This document shows positions 28,194-36,907 of a DNA stretch of 64,000 nt, piece by piece. Where the stretch lies: positions 1 to 64,000 of the forward strand of contig RDOA01000012.1 of NCBI GenBank assembly GCA_011364925.1, in the 5' to 3' direction. Below the pieces are notes generated by a model, which saw only the letters and a program-made list of their open reading frames with translations, made no database searches and was not told the origin of the DNA. How positions within the stretch are numbered: position 1 is the stretch's first letter; each line of letters begins with the position of its first letter. The position numbers and the translations under genes were made by a program. This DNA is from Promethearchaeota archaeon (GTDB lineage: Archaea > Asgardarchaeota > Lokiarchaeia > Sigyniarchaeales > SOKP01).

Positions 28194-29003
28194 ATGGGCA
28201 TTGACGAAAATAATTCTAGTTCCATTAGAGATGCGATAAAACAGAGAATTAAAGAGAAAATTAAAAAAGAACTCCTCGAAGAAGTGTACACTGAATTACA
28301 ATTAGAAGAATTACAAGAAGAAATAACCGCTGAATTTATCGATGTAAAACCGATAAATCACTCTAAATATATCAAAGCTAACCTTGAACCAATTCCAATG
28401 GAACCCGTAGTAGAAACTGTGGCTAGAAGCGATAAAATTGAAGCGACTATAACAATCACGATAAAAGCAGTTCTTAAAATCGCCAGTCATTCTCTCAAAT
28501 ATGCGCATTCAAAAATACCTAGAGAACAATGGGTAGAAGTAATTGGCTTACTCGCTGGAAAGTATAATGAGTCTAACGGAATATTACATATTGAAGATGC
28601 TTATCCAATGGGGCATGGTACAGCGGTGTATGCTGAAATAAAGGATTATAAGAATTATGTTAGAGCTTTTAAAGATATCAAGAAAAAAAAGGGCTTATTC
28701 ATAGCAGGATGGTATCATAGCCACCCAAGTTATAGTTGCTTTATGTCAAGGGAAGATTTAAGCACACAGGCTAGATATCAAAAGCTTTGGGACAAAGCCG
28801 TTGCACTCGTAATCGATCCATTTTTAATTAACGGAAGATCAGTTGGATTTGAAATTTACCGCGCAAATTTTAAAACAAAGAAATGGTTTTCAGTGCCTTT
28901 TGAAATTAAAGGGCATTTAGATATTCGCATGTTACCGGAGATTATAGAATTCATGAATCCGATAATAGAAGGGAAACCAGCCTATTTAGAATATGATGAG
29001 TAA
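28194..29003 (+). CDS. JAMM/MPN+ metallo-isopeptidase (Rpn11/CSN5-like)
   Basis: EVIGLL, GWYHSHP-x5-S-x2-D, Q..YQ, AVALVIDP. Confidence 0.93.
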   Translation: MGIDENNSSSIRDAIKQRIKEKIKKELLEEVYTELQLEELQEEITAEFIDVKPINHSKYIKANLEPIPMEPVVETVARSDKIEATITITIKAVLKIASHSLKYAHSKIPREQWVEVIGLLAGKYNESNGILHIEDAYPMGHGTAVYAEIKDYKNYVRAFKDIKKKKGLFIAGWYHSHPSYSCFMSREDLSTQARYQKLWDKAVALVIDPFLINGRSVGFEIYRANFKTKKWFSVPFEIKGHLDIRMLPEIIEFMNPIIEGKPAYLEYDE

Positions 29004-29035
29004 AGAAAATAAGTTAATATTGTGATGTTTAAACC

Positions 29036-30157
29036 ATGGTTAAAAATAAAACCTTAACAATCATTTTTGCTATTTTTTTAGTTATTGGGGTAATTCATGG
29101 TTTAATCTCTCTTTCTTTTTTAAATTTTGCAACCTGGGTTTTAATAGGATTATGGGTAATATTTACAATAAAATTATATGTAAACATAAAACGGCACCGT
29201 GAGTTTAATTCGCCACATAATACTGCATTTTTTGTCATTATTCCGTTAACTATTGGAATATTTTACTCAATTTGGGGCTATTATACAGGAATTCTAGGAG
29301 AAAATTTACTCGGTGGAGTATATTTTAGTCTATGGAGCTTAATTTTTGCTTTTCCTTTTGTGATCTATGGATCCTACTCATTATATCGATGTTTCAAGAA
29401 ATACAATGTAATATATTTTGGGACCAAAGCTGTGAAAGCCCGAAAATTGGGATACATTCTTTCTTTTTCAGTTCTTATTTTTATTTTGATTTATTGGATA
29501 AGTTTTTATAGCGCAATTGAGAGTTTTCCGTTGGATTTGAATCTCTTAATACTATTTATAGCTACAATTTTAGTCGTAATAATATTTGGTTTTACTAATT
29601 CTCGTCCATCATTACCTACTTTAACACGCGATTATATTGCAAATCGTACTAGAACAATAAACAATTTAACTACGCCTACAACACAACGACAGCGTTTACG
29701 GACTACAAGAGTAACCGCTCCTACTCCATCTACTAGAGCAACAACACAAACTTCAAGATCGAGAACTCATTCGTCAAGAATAACCCCTACATCACATAGA
29801 CAAACTACAAGAACTAAAACAACAAAAGTTACACACACAACTACTGTTAAACCTACTTCCAAAATTCGGAATATTAATAATTATAAACCCAGAGCATCGT
29901 ATTTGTCATTAGAAGATTTTAAGTGTATCTTTTGTTTTAAGCTACCAAAACTTCCTGATGACAAGGGTCGAGGAGTGGTTATATGTCCAAATTGCAGATA
30001 TCCCTCCCATGCGGATGAATTCAAAGATTGGATGCGCACTTCAAATCTTTGTTCGCGTTGTAGTGCTCCTATTCCTACCAGCTTTAGGCGTAATCCCAGT
30101 ATAGTAAGTGTAAAGAACTACATTATTGCTTATAAACAATTGTTAAAACGCAAATAA
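29036..30157 (+). CDS. Multi-pass membrane protein with Thr/Arg-rich linker and C-terminal RING-like domain; putative E3 ligase
   Basis: About 6 hydrophobic segments; CIFC...CPNCRYPSH...W...CSRC; last gene of the E1-E2-JAMM run. Confidence 0.78.
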   Translation: MVKNKTLTIIFAIFLVIGVIHGLISLSFLNFATWVLIGLWVIFTIKLYVNIKRHREFNSPHNTAFFVIIPLTIGIFYSIWGYYTGILGENLLGGVYFSLWSLIFAFPFVIYGSYSLYRCFKKYNVIYFGTKAVKARKLGYILSFSVLIFILIYWISFYSAIESFPLDLNLLILFIATILVVIIFGFTNSRPSLPTLTRDYIANRTRTINNLTTPTTQRQRLRTTRVTAPTPSTRATTQTSRSRTHSSRITPTSHRQTTRTKTTKVTHTTTVKPTSKIRNINNYKPRASYLSLEDFKCIFCFKLPKLPDDKGRGVVICPNCRYPSHADEFKDWMRTSNLCSRCSAPIPTSFRRNPSIVSVKNYIIAYKQLLKRK

Positions 30158-30265
30158 AGAGGAACGATTTTTAATTCTATTAAGTGAGTTTTTCTATTTC
30201 TAATATTTATTATATTTTCGTAAATTCTAATATATATATATTAAAAAAGTGTTAACGAAAGAAAA

Positions 30266-30826
30266 ATGAATAAAGAAAGCGTACAAGAACTAATCACACA
30301 ACTTATTAAGGAGATTGAAGGGAATGAGGGAGAATTACGCCCTGCCACGAAAGAAACTCCAAGACGAGTAGCCAATGCGTATAGCGAAATATTTGATGGC
30401 TATCGAACAGACATAGACAAGGAAGTGAAAGTCTTTAAAGCAAACTATAGCGAGATTATTGTATCTAAAGATATTAAGTTTTATAGCATGTGCGAGCACC
30501 ATATTCTCCCTTTCTACGGTACTGTTGACATTATATATATGCCAGGCGAGTATCTTTTAGGAATTTCAAAATTCGCACGAGTAGTTAATTATTTTTCTCA
30601 TAGATTAAATGTTCAAGAAAAGATGACAGATGACATTGCAAATTATTTAATGACCTGTTCGTTAAAACCAAGAGGAGTGATGGTTATAGTCAAAGGTACT
30701 CATTTATGCGAGATAATGAGGGGTGTAAAGCAGTCTAATCCTTTAATAATAACATCTGCTATAAAGGGAATATTTAAAACTAACCTTGCTACGAGATCAG
30801 AAGCGTTGGAACTATTAAATTTATAA
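30266..30826 (+). CDS. folE: GTP cyclohydrolase I (type IA)
   Basis: ETPRRVA, SMCEHHILPF, GISKFAR, QE, HLCEIMRG. Confidence 0.95.
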   Translation: MNKESVQELITQLIKEIEGNEGELRPATKETPRRVANAYSEIFDGYRTDIDKEVKVFKANYSEIIVSKDIKFYSMCEHHILPFYGTVDIIYMPGEYLLGISKFARVVNYFSHRLNVQEKMTDDIANYLMTCSLKPRGVMVIVKGTHLCEIMRGVKQSNPLIITSAIKGIFKTNLATRSEALELLNL

Positions 30827-30884
30827 CCCTAAACATATTATTACTGACAATAGTTATTTTTTTATCAAAATCATAAAAATTTTT

Positions 30885-32066
30885 GTGTGGGTTATGTCCA
30901 AAACCTTCATACATAGTAATTACGGTTTGATTGGAGTCGGCTTAGAATTTAAAAAGAACATCACAGTCGAAGTTAATGAAGATGGAATAATTAATAATCT
31001 TTCTTATGATGATGTAAGAGAAGATATCAATATTTCGTCGAAACATCCTACTTTTTTATTAATACCTGGTTTGATTAATTCTCATATTCATATTTGTGAC
31101 AGTTTTGCTAAAGAACAAGGTTTTAATAAAAATTTAATAGAAGTTGTCGCCCCTCCTAATGGGATTAAACATAAATTGCTAGAAAATACTTCAGAAGCGA
31201 TCAAAGTACAAGGAATAAAAGAAGCAGTTAAGGATATGTTAGCTAATGGCATAACTCTGTTCGTAGATTTTAGAGAAAATGGAATAATTGGCGTTAACAT
31301 ATTAAAAGATGCTTTAGAAAATTCACCAATTAATTGCATTATTTTAGGAAGATTCAAAAATCTTGAAGAAGCAGAGGTTATTATAAAAAAAGCTAATGGA
31401 ATTGGATTTGCAAGTTATGATCAGCTTTCTCAAGATCATAAAAATATAATAATTGGATTAAAAAATAAATATAGAAGCAAGATTATTGCTTGTCACGATG
31501 CAGAGTTATCACGGAACGAGTTACTATTGAAGGATATAATAAGAGATGGAATAATTGATGTTGTTATTCACGGGACGCACTATACGATGGAAGATTTAAA
31601 AAAGATTAAGGAAAACCATATAATGTTAGTTTTATGCCCAAGATGTAATGGTTATTTTGGGTGTGGTTTTCCACCTATTAAGGAATTATGCTATCTAGAA
31701 ATCCCTGTTAGTCTTGGAACAGATAATGTAATGGCAAATAACATTGATTTATTTGAAGAGATGCGTTATTTATATAGGATTTTCCGTGTATTGGCTGCTA
31801 ATAAAAGTAAGAATATTTTAACATCAAAAGAGCTGTTAAAAATGGTAACTATTAATGCTGCAAAAAACTTTGGTCTGTTAGAGAAATTTGGTTCTATTTC
31901 AGTGGGAAAATATGCGGATTTTTCTCTATTAAGCCTTTCTGATTCAAATTATTATTCACATGAGTTTGATAGTGAAAATATTTATAACATAATTGTTCAA
32001 AGAACAAGGGCAGAGAATATAAAAAGGACTTATATTAAAGGTGAGGTAGTATCTGAAAGAAAGTGA
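30885..32066 (+). CDS. Amidohydrolase / nucleoside-deaminase family protein
   Basis: PGLINSHIH, VIHG, CPR, LGTDN, TINAA, GSISVGKYAD. Confidence 0.88.
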   Translation: MWVMSKTFIHSNYGLIGVGLEFKKNITVEVNEDGIINNLSYDDVREDINISSKHPTFLLIPGLINSHIHICDSFAKEQGFNKNLIEVVAPPNGIKHKLLENTSEAIKVQGIKEAVKDMLANGITLFVDFRENGIIGVNILKDALENSPINCIILGRFKNLEEAEVIIKKANGIGFASYDQLSQDHKNIIIGLKNKYRSKIIACHDAELSRNELLLKDIIRDGIIDVVIHGTHYTMEDLKKIKENHIMLVLCPRCNGYFGCGFPPIKELCYLEIPVSLGTDNVMANNIDLFEEMRYLYRIFRVLAANKSKNILTSKELLKMVTINAAKNFGLLEKFGSISVGKYADFSLLSLSDSNYYSHEFDSENIYNIIVQRTRAENIKRTYIKGEVVSERK

Positions 32067-32724
32067 ACATCCTTATGTGATTTTAAGTGCTGCTATGACA
32101 ATTGATGGAAAAATTGCATCAAAAAATGGAGATCCAGAAATTTCTGATGAAGAGGATTGGAAATCTGTTCATAAACTTCGAACAGAGGTGGATGCGATTA
32201 TGGTTGGTAAAGGATCCATACTGAAAGATAATCCCAAATTACATATAAAATATTACGATCATAACGGGTACTATCGTATTGTATTGGATAGCAATCTTTC
32301 CATTCCAATTGATTCGAATATTATTACCTATGAACCCGATACTTATCCAACTATTATAGTAACAACCGAAAACGCTCCTGTTGATCGAATTAGGGAATTT
32401 GAAGCAAAAAATGTAATTATTATTAAGTCTGGAAGTGGGAATGAAGTTGATATTGTTAAATTGATGCCCATTTTATACGGAAAAGGCATAAAGAGGATCC
32501 TTTTAGAAGGTGGGGCCAGATTAAATTGGAGTTTTATCAAAAATCATTTAGTAGACGAAATTAGAATCACAATAGGACCCTGGATGGTAGGGGGTAAGGA
32601 TGCCTTGAGTTTAGTGGAAGGAGAGGGTTTCGCAAAAATGTGTGAAAGCCCAAGATATTGCTTATCAAATGTGAAGAAGAACAATAACTATATAACTCTT
32701 TATTATAAGAAAGAAAAACCATGA
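32053..32724 (+). CDS. arfC: 2,5-diamino-6-ribosylamino-4(3H)-pyrimidinone 5'-phosphate reductase (RibD-C / Rib7 type); probable CTG start at 32053 (ORF track start 32077)
   Basis: PYVILSAAMTIDGKI, HKLR..VDAIMVG, DNPKL, LLEGG; GGTGAGGT at 32040-32047. Confidence 0.85.
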   Translation: MKESEHPYVILSAAMTIDGKIASKNGDPEISDEEDWKSVHKLRTEVDAIMVGKGSILKDNPKLHIKYYDHNGYYRIVLDSNLSIPIDSNIITYEPDTYPTIIVTTENAPVDRIREFEAKNVIIIKSGSGNEVDIVKLMPILYGKGIKRILLEGGARLNWSFIKNHLVDEIRITIGPWMVGGKDALSLVEGEGFAKMCESPRYCLSNVKKNNNYITLYYKKEKP

Positions 32725-33848
32725 AAACCACTAAAGAAATAGAACAATTGGAAAAGATACCAATAAAAGCGCTGAAAGAAAAAATTAAAAGTATAAGAGA
32801 AGAACTTCCTAAAGAAGAACAGAATATTGTTACTTTTTCTAAGAACTTTACACTTTCTCTTTCAAACTATTGTCAAAATCAATGTGGATACTGTTTCTAT
32901 AACCAGCATGTATCTAAAGAGATTCTAGAACAGTATATTGCACTAATTGAAGAAAATAAAATTAATGATTTAATCCAAGCAGCAATAAAATTTGGATGCA
33001 CAGAAGCTTTACTAATGTCTGGTGAATCTCCTGATAAGTTCGAAGTAGTTCAAAAAGAATTGGAAAAAAGAAACTATAGCAATTTCAACCAATTTGTGAA
33101 AAGATTAAGCGAAAAGTTGTTAGAATTCAATCTTTTACCCCATACAAATATAGGTGCGCTCTCATTCGATGAATTAAAATATTTAAAGGATACAAATGCT
33201 AGTATGGGTTTAATGATTGAGAGTACCTGTGAAACTCTTTCCAAACCTGGTGGTGTTCATGAAAATTCACCAAATAAAACGCCAGAAACTAGAATTAAAC
33301 ACATTATAGACGCGGGAAAGTTAAAGATTCCCTTTACTACAGGCTTATTATTAGGAATTGGTGAGAGATTTCAAGATCGCATAAAGGATTTGTACTTAAT
33401 CAAAGAACTTCATCAAAAATATGGTCACATCCAAGAAGTAATAATACAAAATTTTACAGAAAAATCGAGGATTCCCTATCATCCGAAAAAACCAATAAAT
33501 ATAGAAGAAACTCTCAAAACTGCGGGTGTTGCAAAATTAATATTTGAAAACGATATAGCGATTCAAGTTCCTCCTAATTTAATTCAAAATTACGAAAAGG
33601 AAGCTTTAGAAATGGGAATTGATGATTTTGGAGGCATATCTCCATTTACTATAGATTATATTAACCCCCACCACGCTTGGCCAAAAATACCACTCTTAGA
33701 AAAGTTATGCATGAGTTTTGGATATGAACTTAAGGAAAGGCTTCCTATATATAAGAAATTTATAGATAAAAACGGATTTTGTTCTGAAATTATTAAAAAA
33801 ACGATAAAAAGGATTGATCTGAATGTTAGAAGCGAAAAAGATTCTTAG
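32721..33848 (+). CDS. cofG: FO synthase subunit CofG (radical SAM)
   Basis: VTFSKN, CQNQCGYC, LPHTN, NASMGLM, IPFTTGLLLGIGE, HIQEVIIQNF, QVPPNL, DFGGISP. Confidence 0.93.
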   Translation: MKTTKEIEQLEKIPIKALKEKIKSIREELPKEEQNIVTFSKNFTLSLSNYCQNQCGYCFYNQHVSKEILEQYIALIEENKINDLIQAAIKFGCTEALLMSGESPDKFEVVQKELEKRNYSNFNQFVKRLSEKLLEFNLLPHTNIGALSFDELKYLKDTNASMGLMIESTCETLSKPGGVHENSPNKTPETRIKHIIDAGKLKIPFTTGLLLGIGERFQDRIKDLYLIKELHQKYGHIQEVIIQNFTEKSRIPYHPKKPINIEETLKTAGVAKLIFENDIAIQVPPNLIQNYEKEALEMGIDDFGGISPFTIDYINPHHAWPKIPLLEKLCMSFGYELKERLPIYKKFIDKNGFCSEIIKKTIKRIDLNVRSEKDS

Positions 33849-34923
33849 AAAAGCTGAAGATTCAGTTGAGATTAGCCCGGATGAAGCTTTAATCCTATTA
33901 AAAATCACGGGTAAAGATTTCACAGCTTTACAACAGACTGCTGATCAGATTTGTTTTGAGAAGAAGAATAATCTCGTAAGTTTTATCATAAATCGAAATA
34001 TAAATTTTACAAATGTCTGTTATCAAGGATGTAAATTCTGCTCGTTTTCTGTTTCAAATAAAAATAAAGACAGTTTTTTAAAAACTATTGAAGAAATAAG
34101 AGAGGATGTTACTGAAGCTAAGAACGCAGAATGCACTGAAGTATGCATCCAAGGAGGGATTAATCCAGAATTAGATTTCGACTATTATTTAGAGATTTTG
34201 AAAATAGTAAAGGAGATTGATTCAAATATCCATACTCACGCTTTTTCTCCTCAAGAAGTGTTCTATATGTCAAAATTATACGGCTCATCGATTTATGATG
34301 TGTTAAAGGAGTTAAAAAAAGCAGGTTTAGATTCTATGCCAGGAACAGCAGCAGAAATTTTAGTAGATGATATCAGAAAAGTTATTTGTCCAAATAAAAT
34401 TACCACTTCTCAATGGATTGATGTGATAAAATCAGCACATGAATTAGGAATCCCCACTACTTCGACTATGATGTATGGTCACATTGAAGATTTAAAGGAC
34501 AGAATAGAACACCTCGAGATTTTAAGGAATATACAGAAAGAAACTTCCGGGTTCACCGAATTTGTCCCTCTACCCTTTGTTAAAGAAAATCCTCTTTTAT
34601 CTAAATTGACAGATTTCCCTCTAAAACCTAGCTATGGAATGGCAGATTTAAAATTGTTTGCGGTAGCAAGAATTTTCCTCAACAATTACATTGATAATAT
34701 TCAATGTTCTTGGGTAAAGTTGGGCCCAAAATTCGCTCAAGTTTCTCTATATTACGGAGTAAACGACTTTTCTGGTACGTTAATGGAAGAGAACATTTCA
34801 AAAAGCGCAGGAGCCGAATTTGGAGAATATTTAGCTCCGGAAGAGATGATCTCTATCATTAAAGCTGCCGGCAAGAAACCTGTGCAGAGGGATACGCTCT
34901 ATAAATTATTAAAATTCTACTGA
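33823..34923 (+). CDS. cofH: FO synthase subunit CofH (radical SAM)
   Basis: NRNINFTNVCYQGCKFCSF, EVCIQGG, SMPGTAAEIL, TMMYGH, NIQCSWVKLG, GTLMEENIS. Confidence 0.93.
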   Translation: MLEAKKILRKAEDSVEISPDEALILLKITGKDFTALQQTADQICFEKKNNLVSFIINRNINFTNVCYQGCKFCSFSVSNKNKDSFLKTIEEIREDVTEAKNAECTEVCIQGGINPELDFDYYLEILKIVKEIDSNIHTHAFSPQEVFYMSKLYGSSIYDVLKELKKAGLDSMPGTAAEILVDDIRKVICPNKITTSQWIDVIKSAHELGIPTTSTMMYGHIEDLKDRIEHLEILRNIQKETSGFTEFVPLPFVKENPLLSKLTDFPLKPSYGMADLKLFAVARIFLNNYIDNIQCSWVKLGPKFAQVSLYYGVNDFSGTLMEENISKSAGAEFGEYLAPEEMISIIKAAGKKPVQRDTLYKLLKFY

Positions 34924-34934
34924 TTATTAAAACT

Positions 34935-36812
34935 CTAACGATTCCTTGTATCTTGAAGAAAATTTAAAATGTAGCGCTGAGCTATCAAATCTGAACTAAT
35001 CTTGCCCAAAACCTTACCCTCTTGAACAACGGGCATAGCTGAGATCTGATATTGTTCGAATTCCCTTACGATATCTAAAATATTGAAATCTGGAGCGGCG
35101 GTGACTACTTTTTTTGTCATAATTTTAGTGACAATTCCATCACAAAATCCTTCCGCGGAAGCCTTTGTTATATCCCAATCTGTAACCACACCAACTAATT
35201 TATCATCTGAGATGACAGCAATTATCCCACTATTATTATCTATCATGGATTTAGCTGCATCTTGAATTGTACTACTTGAATCTATCATTGGTATGGTAAC
35301 CATTATATCCTTAACTGTAAGTTCACTTTCTTTAGCGTTAAGTCGTTGAAGACTTATTCGCTCAGCAGCTTGAGACGGTAAAATGTCTTGGTGTGTAGTT
35401 AAAATATCAATTAATTCAATCATATTATTACGAATTACATTTTCGCGATACTCTACACCGGCTTCTAGGCGGTTTTTCGAGAGTTTTCTGAATTTGGCAG
35501 AATTATTTTGTAGCCATCTTTCCACAGCTTCCTTATTTCCAAGAATCTCTGGCGGAAATTGAACTTCCTCTGGCGATTTAACAATGTGTTCTTGAGCAGC
35601 AAAAATTACTCCTCCAGAATTAACCAAATAATCGTTGGCTATCATTACTCCCTTTTCACGATAGACTATCTGTTCCATTCGTGTTCTAGCAGCTTTTCTG
35701 TTTGGATCTGGAGAATAAGTATTTGCTCCTTCTATGATAACCTTCCAATTGCCCATATGCTCAACTAGCATGGATGCATTATCTGAGGGCCTTACTCCTA
35801 AATAATTAAATATCGGGGCTGCAGGTACAAAACAAAAAGCATTTTCACGTAGTAGATCATTTGCATTTGTAGAGAACTTTGTTGGATGTTTATATCCTTC
35901 AGCGATTATGTTATTTTCAAAGTAGGTTTGCGTTGCCATTTTTTTATTCTCCCAAAACTCAAATAATTCTTCAGTTGGAAGACCTGCAAAATTATAAAGA
36001 TACCCTTCTAGGTCGCTTATACCTATTACTCTGGCGTTAGGAATTCGCTCTTTAAGTATTCGTGTAGCGTGAGCACCAACCGCACCAAATCCTTGTATCA
36101 AAATAGTTAATTCTTGATTAGCTGGAATTTCTAAATTTTCGAATTGTGGAAGTACTCTCATTCGGGGAAGTATTTCCAGTAGAGTTTGTAATGCTATGAT
36201 AACCCCTCCAGCAGCAGCTCCGAGTTCATCGATTCTATTTCCACCCATATCTGCGGGTTTAGAAACAGCGCTATCAAGACCGTTTTCCATCGCTATTAAT
36301 TTCATATCGGCATCATTGGTACCAACATCAGGTCCAGGTACGTAAATTTCTTTATATCTGCGAATTAATCGCGCAAATCCTCTTACTATCTCTTCATGAA
36401 TATCATCAGGTAAATTTCTTTCTGCCACTATCCCCGATTTTCCACCCCCATAAGGAAGATTCGCAGCCGCATTCTTTAATGTCATTCCCCTTGCTAGATT
36501 TTGGATATCTGAAGGTTTAATATCGGGGAGCATTCTTATACCCCCCATTGACGGAGAACCCATACTTAGGTTATCTACCACAAGGTATCCTCCAATTTCT
36601 AATTCGGAATTCTCGTCCCAAACGCAAGCTACAATTTGCGGTCCCAATTCATCCCTTACGATCCCTAATCGAGATAATAAATGTTCGTCAAGGTTGCTGA
36701 ACTCTAAATAACATTTTCCATCTTCTTTTTTAAGACGTGTTAACAACATCGCTTCAGGAAGGTGAGATTTAAGAAAAATTTCCATTTCTTTAGGTATCAT
36801 GATTGATCTCAC
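34935..36812 (-). CDS. Glu/Leu/Phe/Val dehydrogenase with C-terminal CBS pair
   Basis: GGIRM, MTLKNA, GGGKSG, GPDVGT, QGFGAVG, EGAN, NSGGV; CBS motifs VGVVTDWDI and AMPVV. Confidence 0.88.
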   Translation of the reverse strand: MRSIMIPKEMEIFLKSHLPEAMLLTRLKKEDGKCYLEFSNLDEHLLSRLGIVRDELGPQIVACVWDENSELEIGGYLVVDNLSMGSPSMGGIRMLPDIKPSDIQNLARGMTLKNAAANLPYGGGKSGIVAERNLPDDIHEEIVRGFARLIRRYKEIYVPGPDVGTNDADMKLIAMENGLDSAVSKPADMGGNRIDELGAAAGGVIIALQTLLEILPRMRVLPQFENLEIPANQELTILIQGFGAVGAHATRILKERIPNARVIGISDLEGYLYNFAGLPTEELFEFWENKKMATQTYFENNIIAEGYKHPTKFSTNANDLLRENAFCFVPAAPIFNYLGVRPSDNASMLVEHMGNWKVIIEGANTYSPDPNRKAARTRMEQIVYREKGVMIANDYLVNSGGVIFAAQEHIVKSPEEVQFPPEILGNKEAVERWLQNNSAKFRKLSKNRLEAGVEYRENVIRNNMIELIDILTTHQDILPSQAAERISLQRLNAKESELTVKDIMVTIPMIDSSSTIQDAAKSMIDNNSGIIAVISDDKLVGVVTDWDITKASAEGFCDGIVTKIMTKKVVTAAPDFNILDIVREFEQYQISAMPVVQEGKVLGKISSDLIAQRYILNFLQDTRNR

Positions 36813-36907
36813 AAAATGCTTATTACATCTTCATATATGATTTATTATAATTTAAAATTGTTTTAACATTTTTAATTAATTAAAATTACTATTAATAAAT
36901 CCTTATT

